Of a DNA stretch of 64,000 nucleotides, positions 18,986-26,891 are shown in pieces (position 1 is the first letter of the stretch; every line of letters starts with the position of its first letter). The stretch covers positions 88,841 to 152,840 of the IMG/VR virus record IMGVR_UViG_2541047117_000001; one strand, 5' to 3'. The DNA is from a virus (lineage: Duplodnaviria; Heunggongvirae; Uroviricota; Caudoviricetes). Made by a program: the position numbers and the translations under genes. The notes beneath the pieces are model-generated. The model searched no databases. It saw nothing but the letters and a program-made list of their open reading frames with translations, and had not been told where the DNA came from.

Positions 18986-19309
18986 ATGAAAATGATAGTA
19001 GCACATTTAATTGGCGGAAATGCAATCAAAGGGATTATAGACGGGACTGTAATTATCAACGGTGAACAATTGGAAACTAGTTACGGAGAGTTAGCGTCTG
19101 TATGTGGAAGTATTTCGCTTGGTGATTTGGATACAACTAGAAGTGCGGAGAGAATGGAAAGGGATTATATAGAACTGGTTAGGGAACATGATGAAGATTT
19201 AGACGAGGATTTTGTTCTTGACAATCATTTAACGGCTGAGATTTGTTATAGCGAATATGAAATTGATATAGAGAAAAAAACGCTAACACTAACCATCGGT
19301 ACGTATTAA
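18986..19309 (+). CDS. Acidic hypothetical protein
   Basis: ORF track, RBS GAGG. Confidence 0.8.
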   Translation: MKMIVAHLIGGNAIKGIIDGTVIINGEQLETSYGELASVCGSISLGDLDTTRSAERMERDYIELVREHDEDLDEDFVLDNHLTAEICYSEYEIDIEKKTLTLTIGTY

Positions 19310-19331
19310 TAATAAGTGTAAAAAATAATTA

Positions 19332-19364
19332 TTGACAAAAATATATGTTATCATTTATAATAAC
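19332..19364 (+). promoter_or_regulatory. sigmaA promoter with 18-bp operator
   Basis: TTGACA-18-TATAAT; operator at 19347-19364. Confidence 0.85.
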
Positions 19365-19390
19365 ATTAGGTTGATGAAAGGAGAATAAAA

Positions 19391-19633
19391 ATGGTAATTG
19401 AATTTAAAGAAGCCGTGGAAATGCTAGAAGATGGAATGGAGGTTGTTCTTGAGTGTGACGGTCATGATTATGAAATTTCCGATGCTGAAAATTGGATTGG
19501 TGGCGATGCTCATGATGGATACATAAGCCTTGTTTTGGGAAGCGTGGTCTATGGAAGTGCGGAAACCGCTCTGAGGGAATCTATCGACTTTCTAGAAAAA
19601 AGTGGAAAAAGTGTTACAATTAAAGATTCATAA
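19391..19633 (+). CDS. Acidic hypothetical protein
   Basis: ORF track, RBS AAAGGAG. Confidence 0.8.
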   Translation: MVIEFKEAVEMLEDGMEVVLECDGHDYEISDAENWIGGDAHDGYISLVLGSVVYGSAETALRESIDFLEKSGKSVTIKDS

Positions 19634-19671
19634 CAAATGAAATAATTCTTTTAACAAATGGAGGTAGGGAA

Positions 19672-19887
19672 ATGACTTTCAAAGAGCAAATTGTAGAATG
19701 GAAAAAAATTGTAGGAAATGAAATTCGTAAAAATAAAGATATAATCAATAATTGGGGATTGGATGGAAAAGTATTTTTTCAACTTGATGGAACTGTGATT
19801 GTAAGAAATGAATATTCAACAGAGGATATAATTTTCGAAAATACAATAACACCATTTAAAGAATGGAAAGAGAAAAAGTGTATTTAA
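19672..19887 (+). CDS. Hypothetical protein
   Basis: ORF track, RBS GGAGG. Confidence 0.8.
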   Translation: MTFKEQIVEWKKIVGNEIRKNKDIINNWGLDGKVFFQLDGTVIVRNEYSTEDIIFENTITPFKEWKEKKCI

Positions 19888-19897
19888 ATTTTAAATA

Positions 19898-20205
19898 CAA
19901 ATGTAAAAAATAATGAAATTAACTATTGATTTCTTGTAGTTTGTATGCTCCGTTCATGAATTCGTTATCTAATATGATAACACATAACAAGAGGTAAAAG
20001 CCCATACAAGGCAAAATAAGGCGTCTGATGGCTATGTGTAATGGTTCGAAGTGATAACAAAGTGAAAATTATATGAAAATCAAAAATAATAAACTATTTT
20101 CACATAATGCATTGACAGTGGACTATATTTTTAGTAAAATATTAAATGTAAGGTAGTTGAATAAACGCCTTACAAAAATCTAAAGGAAAAAGGTGTTTAA
20201 AAATG
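19898..20205 (+). repeat. Intergenic regulatory cassette, copy A
   Basis: Collinear with 21102-21388. Confidence 0.75.
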
Positions 20206-20349
20206 AATGAAGATTTTTTCGGGAATTTACTTATTTTATCAGGATTGTTCGCTCCACTTATTACAGTAGGATTAGTTGAAATAATTAGAAATAAAATAAG
20301 AACTGGTGAATTTTTCCCGATTGATACAAGTGAAAAAAATAATGATTGA
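20203..20349 (+). CDS. Small single-TM protein (48 aa)
   Basis: Not in track. MNEDFFGNLLILSGLFAPLITVGLVEIIRNK... after AGGTGTTTAAAAATG. Confidence 0.7.
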   Translation: MNEDFFGNLLILSGLFAPLITVGLVEIIRNKIRTGEFFPIDTSEKNND

Positions 20350-20378
20350 CATATACATTTGTTATCATTTATAATAAC
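20346..20378 (+). promoter_or_regulatory. sigmaA promoter with 18-bp operator
   Basis: TTGACA-18-TATAAT; operator at 20361-20378. Confidence 0.85.
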
Positions 20379-20403
20379 AAATGTAGGGAAGACGTTCCCA
20401 CAA

Positions 20404-20469
20404 GTCGAAACGGGACTTTCGAGTCCCGTCCATGTAAAGTGGTTCTTTACATGCTGATGAGACAAACCA
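20404..20469 (+). ncRNA. Type II hammerhead ribozyme 2
   Basis: GTC-GAAA-CGGGACT(TTCG)AGTCCCG-TC-CATGTAAAG(TGGTT)CTTTACATG-CTGATGA-GAC; loop TGGTT pairs with AACCA. Confidence 0.93.
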
Positions 20470-20499
20470 AAAATAACTTATAGAATAGGATGTTTAAAA

Positions 20500-21117
20500 A
20501 TGACAGACAATTTAACAGTAGCAATCGAAAAACCAGTTTTAAGAAATGAATTTATTCTAATCAAAGATGATATCACAGGCGAACAAAAAGGCGGAAACGC
20601 TTATAACCTTGATAACAAATGTCGTGTAGTACTTTTTGAAACTTCTTTCCGTGCAATTGCGATTGTAGACGAAACAAAGAAAGATGGAATTTATTCTTTC
20701 GTTACAAAATATGTAAATAATAATATTTTCAGTAACATGGTAATAAACGTCCTAATTAATGGAAAGATTTACAAGCGCAAAATTATCAAATTTGAAAACC
20801 GTTTAGCGGTTCGACATAACAATGAAATTTTCGAACTTGGAGAATTTGCAAATGGATTGTATCAAGTGAGAGAGCAATTAACAAGTAACAAATTAGATGT
20901 GGTTTGGACTTTACAAAAGATAGTCGATGTCAGAATGTACCACATGAGCAAATTGTCATTGATGGATAAAAATTTAGTAATGATTCACTTTAGTAATATT
21001 CAGACATCTTACAAAAAGAACAAAGCTGAATTTTCTGAAATTGATAATATTTCTTGTGAGTGTTTAGCGGAGTGGATTGACCACGCCAAAGAAACACTTT
21101 ACAAATGTAAAAAATAA
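20500..21117 (+). CDS. Hypothetical protein
   Basis: ORF track, GGATGTTTAAAAATG start. Confidence 0.8.
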   Translation: MTDNLTVAIEKPVLRNEFILIKDDITGEQKGGNAYNLDNKCRVVLFETSFRAIAIVDETKKDGIYSFVTKYVNNNIFSNMVINVLINGKIYKRKIIKFENRLAVRHNNEIFELGEFANGLYQVREQLTSNKLDVVWTLQKIVDVRMYHMSKLSLMDKNLVMIHFSNIQTSYKKNKAEFSEIDNISCECLAEWIDHAKETLYKCKK

Positions 21118-21388
21118 TGAAAATTGCTCTTGATTTCCTGTAGGATGTATGCTTTTTGTTCTAGAGTGTTATCTAATGTGATTACACGTAGAAGGACAAA
21201 AAGCCCATACAAGGGAATCTGAGTCTTCTCACGTATATATAAATGATAACAAAGTGAAATTGAAATGAATTTAAAAAGATTCACAAAGTGCATTGACAGT
21301 GGATTGATAATTTGATAAGATATTAAATGTAAGGTAGTTGAGACGAACAACACTTACAAATAACAAAAAATGGAGATGTTTAAAAATG
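21102..21388 (+). repeat. Intergenic regulatory cassette, copy B
   Basis: Collinear with 19898-20205. Confidence 0.75.
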
Positions 21389-21487
21389 TTGAGAATTAGA
21401 AAAGTTGAAATGAAAATGGTAATCGTAACAATGGAAGAGGTTATCTTCATCCATTACAAAAAGGTTCAAATTGTTTATTGTTTCTAA
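21386..21487 (+). CDS. Small peptide (33 aa)
   Basis: Not in track. MLRIRKVEMKMVIVTMEEVIFIHYKKVQIVYCF after GGAGATGTTTAAAAATG. Confidence 0.55.
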   Translation: MLRIRKVEMKMVIVTMEEVIFIHYKKVQIVYCF

Positions 21488-21544
21488 AAATATTACAAGT
21501 GTAAAAAATAATGAAATTAAAATTAAAACTAAAACTAAAAATGA

Positions 21545-22126
21545 ATGGAGCAAATTAAAATGAAAAAGTTTATCAAAAAAATGGTTGGAATTGGAATTAT
21601 CGGAGCGGTTTTAGGATTAGGTTTTCTTGCAATGGATTTAGAAATTATTGGTAACGCAAAAGCAGAAGAAAATACGGTTGCACGTTCTACTCATGATTCA
21701 AATAAGGATTTCATTTTCATGCAAGAATTTAAATACAACGGAGAAAGAACAGAAGACGGATATTACAAACTGGATAACATTCATGATAACACTGACTTTG
21801 TTTATGCGAACGCTGAGGAAATGGATTATCATATTCCGATGGTTGGACAAAACGTAACAGTACAATTTAATCATGATGATATTGAAATTGTATATGTTCA
21901 AAACAAAGAAACAATTCAGAATACTTTCATTGTAACGGATGCAAAAGAAAAGGGAATCGAGAATTTTGATAATGAAAAATATATCTTCTTAGTAAATGAA
22001 TTTAATCCGAACGACACTTTTGTTTTAGAAAATGATGGAAGTTACAAGCAAGGCGAAAAGGTAAACGTTGCAACAAGTATCATAAGCGCAACTGATGAAA
22101 TAATAGATGTTCAAAAAGTCAAGTAA
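21545..22126 (+). CDS. Exported or membrane-anchored protein
   Basis: MKKFIKKMVGIGIIGAVLGLGFLA signal/anchor; two similar beta-rich halves. Confidence 0.75.
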   Translation: MEQIKMKKFIKKMVGIGIIGAVLGLGFLAMDLEIIGNAKAEENTVARSTHDSNKDFIFMQEFKYNGERTEDGYYKLDNIHDNTDFVYANAEEMDYHIPMVGQNVTVQFNHDDIEIVYVQNKETIQNTFIVTDAKEKGIENFDNEKYIFLVNEFNPNDTFVLENDGSYKQGEKVNVATSIISATDEIIDVQKVK

Positions 22127-22197
22127 TTTAAACGGAAAATAAAAAGTGAAAACTGGGACTCTCACGAGTCCCGACCAACTAAAAGGAGAATTGAAAA

Positions 22198-22329
22198 ATG
22201 ATTTCTAGAATTAAAAGATTGATAACCAATTATAAAATTAATCGTAAAATCAGCCAAACGAAAAAGCAAATTGATTTCCTTGATGGATTGGAAAAGAACT
22301 GTATAGCAAAGAATTACATAAAGTTATAA
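22198..22329 (+). CDS. Small basic peptide (43 aa)
   Basis: Not in track. RBS AAAGGAG; MISRIKRLITNYKINRKISQ... Confidence 0.6.
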   Translation: MISRIKRLITNYKINRKISQTKKQIDFLDGLEKNCIAKNYIKL

Positions 22330-22407
22330 ATCATTCTTGATTTATGAAATATCTGATAATTAAAAAGTAGGAAAATAAACAGATGGAAATAAAAGGAGAC
22401 AAACAAC

Positions 22408-22818
22408 ATGACAACAATCACAACAACATCACAAGCAATCAAGGCAGTGACAGACGCACTAGAAGGACATGACAACATCACTTTAGCCAAGTTGGAAGCC
22501 GATGGTATAGAAGTAAGTGAAAGAACGTTATACAAGGTGTTAGACGTGTTAAAAGATAATAGGTTATTTAATGCAGTGAAAGGAACGGCATATTTAACGA
22601 ACGGGTTTACAGTAGTGTATGAAGAGAAGGGTTTCAAGTATTGCAGAATGGAGCAAATAGTATTTATCGGGAACAATCACAATATAGTGTTGAAAGACCA
22701 ACCAAGAATAAAGGTTTATATATCCTCTGCTATGTGGGTAGATGTTTCCATATCATACAGTGACAGAACATTCATTAACATGTGTCTGACACCACACGAG
22801 CGATTAACAAGAGAATAA
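22408..22818 (+). CDS. Hypothetical protein, possible N-terminal wHTH
   Basis: ORF track, RBS AAAGGAG. Confidence 0.75.
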   Translation: MTTITTTSQAIKAVTDALEGHDNITLAKLEADGIEVSERTLYKVLDVLKDNRLFNAVKGTAYLTNGFTVVYEEKGFKYCRMEQIVFIGNNHNIVLKDQPRIKVYISSAMWVDVSISYSDRTFINMCLTPHERLTRE

Positions 22819-23049
22819 GAGGAATCGGAAAGGGATAGTGATATAGATGTCACTGTCTCTTTTGCTATGCATGTAGATAGATTGAATGAGAGAGAGAATA
22901 ACAACCGAGATAATGGAAGGGAATAGAGTTAGACTGTTGCCTCTTATCTATCGTTGTTGTATTGATGCATCCCCATATAAGCCCATCATATAAACCCACT
23001 GTATAACCTACCCTATTACCCATATAGAAACCAACAGGAGAACCATACC

Positions 23050-23330
23050 ACATGACCACATCATAACACCACATGTATAACACTACATGTACATGACACA
23101 CACACACACACACCAAGACGACCACACCAACACATGACAGCGTGACGCACACACGCACACACACCACACGCACAAGCAAGCGAGCCAACAGCACAAGGCA
23201 CGACACGACAAGAGAGAGTGACAGACACAAGAGACATGACAAGACACATACACATAACAGGTGAGACGAGCCAACCCAACCGAGGCAAGGCAGAGCCGAC
23301 CAACCCAACCATGCACACGACACGTATAAT
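23050..23330. repeat. T-depleted CA/AG-rich low-complexity tract
   Basis: 8 T in 224 nt (23101-23324), (CA)n runs, CCAACCCAACC twice. Confidence 0.9.
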
Positions 23331-24320
23331 TGTAGTGATGGTATTATGTGGTAAATTTCAAGCGGTTTCGCTATTCCCTATGGGCAATTCTGAGAGAGTT
23401 AGCAAGGTGGTAGTACGTGAAATGAAAGATAATCGCCTCAGAGAGCGCCACAGGGAGTGGTGTTTGGTGGCAAATTTGGTTGATATAGTGTTCGACGGAT
23501 AGACATATGTTATAGTGCAACCGATAACCGACACGGAACGGCAACCCGTGGCGAATCTCAAACCCAACCGCAAACCGTGGCAAATTCGCTTGCCATCTCG
23601 TGGCGAATCCGCACGAAGCCGAGCCGAGCCGACGAGCCGACGACCACGGAGACGAGCGACGCCAACAAGTGCAACCGAGCCGAACCACGACACCCATAAA
23701 GGCAAGTGTCCCACAAGTAAAGTTATAGGACGGGGATAGTTTACAATCTCGAACCGCCACCAACAATAGAACAGCCACGCAACTGTACATCACCTAGACC
23801 CACTTTTCTGTGGGGACTCGATGTCAGCCAACTTTGTTGCATTTCCTATTACTTTGTCCGATTTTACCCTATATTTAGATGCTATCGAAACGCTATCGCT
23901 AAACCACTTATTTTCCTATTATTTTGCTCTCAACTCAAACCTCGATTTTGTCCGATAACCAACCGATTCAAATCTATCAATCTTATAATCCATAAATAAA
24001 AACGATGACTCCTTAAATTTTCCCTTATTTTAGGATTCATCGTTAGCTAAATTCCGTATTCAATTCTATCATTTTGGCTTACATTTTATTTCTCAGCTCT
24101 CACAGGCATTAATTTCGAATCTATTAATCTTTGATTCCCTTCAATTTTGGCTTCAACTGTTAGCCAACTCGATAACCAAATCGTTAATAATCTTATAGTT
24201 TCATTTTATTAATTTCGCAAACTCAAAAATTTCCCCGATTAGCTGATTCAATTATCCGTAGATACAGCAATGCCCCACGCCTAAATCGACGAGGGGTGGG
24301 GGTGCGATAAACAATTTCCG

Positions 24321-24977
24321 TTACTGCATCAACGCTTCTGCGATGCACGTATCCTTATCTAGCTCAAAATTATTTGGCTTCAACTGCTCAGGTTCGGTAG
24401 CCCAGTAGCCTCTAAACATAACGGGCATTCTGCGACTCCCATCTAACTTTGGCTGTGGCTTGATAATTGCATCAATCTGAACCTCACGAGCTATTCTTCT
24501 CAACGGCTGATTGGTTGACTTCGACAAATCTAAAGCTCTATTGTCGGTTTGTACATCCAACGAATCAGGCTTCTTGAAATGCATCGGACTAAGACGTATG
24601 AATTTCAATGCAACAGCACTTCTGACACTGTTCTGGAAGTGATACAGCTTAATTACTAGTTGCTTATGTTCGTTGAATAACAGTTCCATTGAATCAATAG
24701 TAGTGATATTGAACACAGACTCGCCGATTCGTAGAAATATGCCACCTTCTACTCCTGTGGCTTTGAAGAATGTATCCTCATATAAAGAACCGTTATTCTC
24801 CATTTGAGCCTTGCATTGTAGCTTATGCATTTTACTCAGGATTCCAACGAATATTAGGCTAGCAAGTTCACTAAACTCGTGGAATGTTAGCGAAGTGTCC
24901 GTTACTTGCAACATGTCGATTCCTAATTCTTCGTGTAAATGCACTGATTTACCAGTGTCTCGTTTTATGTATTTCAT
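24321..24977 (-). CDS. Hypothetical protein
   Basis: ORF track, RBS GAAAGGA. Confidence 0.75.
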   Translation of the reverse strand: MKYIKRDTGKSVHLHEELGIDMLQVTDTSLTFHEFSELASLIFVGILSKMHKLQCKAQMENNGSLYEDTFFKATGVEGGIFLRIGESVFNITTIDSMELLFNEHKQLVIKLYHFQNSVRSAVALKFIRLSPMHFKKPDSLDVQTDNRALDLSKSTNQPLRRIAREVQIDAIIKPQPKLDGSRRMPVMFRGYWATEPEQLKPNNFELDKDTCIAEALMQ

Positions 24978-25114
24978 AGTGTAATATCCTTTCTAACGAC
25001 GCAATGTATTGCAATAACATTATATCATTAATTTTTATATTAATAAATATTGACATTCATTATTTTTTACATTAGTATAAAAGTACAAAATGTTAACCTA
25101 TTACAACGAGAGGA

Positions 25115-25867
25115 TTGGTGTCAGTCAACATGATTGTGTATTTACCTAATGAAGTTTTTAAGGACTTTTCGAGTCATTTCACGAACGCTAGTAAGTTCGG
25201 ATTTGCTTATTCATATTATACGTATATTAATTTCCTGTATAAGTATTGCTTGCATTTTGATGATAACAACGAGTTTGTAAGCCAACGGAGGATTAAGGAG
25301 TTTTTAGGCTACAACCCTGACAACAAAACTGTAAACAGTATTATTAAGGATAATGGTGTTCTTGATAGTATCGGATACACAAAAAGCACTAGTGAGTATC
25401 CCGTCAGAGCTATCTTCGACGAGGAAGGTAATCTCTTTGACTTCGAAACTGCTAGTGACATTCGTAAGAATATTCCGAATAAGAATATTATATCATATCG
25501 AGGCATAAAAGTCAAATCGCCTTTACTCGCACATACACGGTATGAAGAGGGGGTACTGGACGGTACTTTCTACCAAGTAGAGTATACCCATTCTGTTGAT
25601 TTTGAAGTGTTCAAGTCCATCGTCCAAGACGAGGATTTAGGCTGTGTAGGCTTCTTAATTTACGGATTTATAAAATATCAAAATGGTATCAGAAAAGGAT
25701 ACATGCAAAGTACATACGATTACATGACAGGGGTTTTAAAAATGAGCAGGAGGACGATTAGAAAATATACTGCACTGCTAGAAACGAAAGGGTACTTAGC
25801 TGTTAAAAGAGAGACAATCGCTGACAGTAATCGTCATTGTCCAAATATCTATCTCGTAATAAAGTGA
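25115..25867 (+). CDS. Putative replication initiator / HTH DNA-binding protein
   Basis: C-terminal wHTH (STYDYMTGVLKMSRRTIRKYTALLETKGYL...NIY), adjacent to an origin-like element. Confidence 0.6.
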   Translation: MVSVNMIVYLPNEVFKDFSSHFTNASKFGFAYSYYTYINFLYKYCLHFDDNNEFVSQRRIKEFLGYNPDNKTVNSIIKDNGVLDSIGYTKSTSEYPVRAIFDEEGNLFDFETASDIRKNIPNKNIISYRGIKVKSPLLAHTRYEEGVLDGTFYQVEYTHSVDFEVFKSIVQDEDLGCVGFLIYGFIKYQNGIRKGYMQSTYDYMTGVLKMSRRTIRKYTALLETKGYLAVKRETIADSNRHCPNIYLVIK

Positions 25868-25910
25868 GGGTTTCCCTTGCTTTATTTTTGTTTTTAGAGA
25901 TTTAAAATCC

Positions 25911-26057
25911 AATAGGTTAACATTTGAGACTGACATATAATAAAGAGAGATGTATATATATTACTATTAATTATTTAATATATATTATATATATAACTAA
26001 TAATAATATATAAAGTATATCTATTTATTAATAGTCGTTCTCAAATGTTAACCTATT
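25911..26057. other. Candidate replication origin: 19-bp perfect inverted repeats around a very AT-rich core
   Basis: AATAGGTTAACATTTGAGA (25911-25929) / TCTCAAATGTTAACCTATT (26039-26057); a 15-bp copy at 25088-25102. Confidence 0.65.
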
Positions 26058-26482
26058 AAAAAAATAACTGGTACGACTTGTTCAAATTGTCGGTTTTTAA
26101 TATAATAGAGTCTGTGGGTGATAGGATTTGCAACCCTGTACGGTGTAAACCCTTACAGAGTGTTCCTCAGACGTATGAGAATGGCGTGTAATGTCGATTC
26201 TTGTAGGAGTGAGTGCAAAACTATTCGTGCATATGGATGTGTGTTACGCAGGGTCATAGATGCGTTAAAATAAGCTTGTCAAGAACTGACGGGTACACAT
26301 ACTAACAACTCCACCTCCGCATGGAGTGTATATTAGCCTCATAGAGAGCTAATGTTATATTTGTACCTAAATATATTCAGAGAAGGAAAACGCCTCTTAG
26401 GAATAAATCTGACGAGTCTGAGGGGTATATTTGACGTTCTCACACATGACAAGTGTTAGTAATAATGAACAGAGGTGACAAC

Positions 26483-26869
26483 ATGAGTGAAGTATTTGAT
26501 GAAAGAATGGCTATAAAGATGAGTTTAATTGCCATAGAAAAAGAAAAGATGAGATTAGATGACCGTAGAAAAGAAATGATAGAACGATTAAGAGAGATAG
26601 ATGAAGAGGATGCTAAAGTTGTAGTAGAGCAAGTAAAAGAAGAAGTGCGTCCTACAATAACTCCAAAGGAAATTGCGGAATCAGTGTATCAAATCATATT
26701 AACGTTAAACGGTGGGGAAGCTGTTTTACTTGATGACATATCTAATGTATTGAATGAGCAGTATAAAGGCGTAGACCAAGCTTCATTGAGAGATAGTCTA
26801 TTAAATGTATTAACTAAAGACAAGAGAATAAAGAAAGCAAGACGTGGATTCTATCATATAAAAGGGTAA
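26483..26869 (+). CDS. Coiled-coil plus C-terminal wHTH-like protein
   Basis: Start moved to MSEVF after GAGGTGA. Confidence 0.65.
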   Translation: MSEVFDERMAIKMSLIAIEKEKMRLDDRRKEMIERLREIDEEDAKVVVEQVKEEVRPTITPKEIAESVYQIILTLNGGEAVLLDDISNVLNEQYKGVDQASLRDSLLNVLTKDKRIKKARRGFYHIKG

Positions 26870-26891
26870 GGGGAGCTGATATTAGCTCCCT

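Noticed and set aside
22146-22176. GAAAAC-TGGGACTC-TCAC-GAGTCCC resembling hammerhead stem III
   Set aside because: No CTGATGA core or stem I follows; a plain hairpin or remnant at most
22865-23793. Cluster of Cys/Val-rich and Arg-rich ORFs on both strands (22865..23323, 23061..23318, 23083..23316, 23218..23502, 23358..23714, 23371..23793, 23515..23739)
   Set aside because: Shadow ORFs caused by the T-free low-complexity tract, which has few stop codons; no RBS and implausible composition
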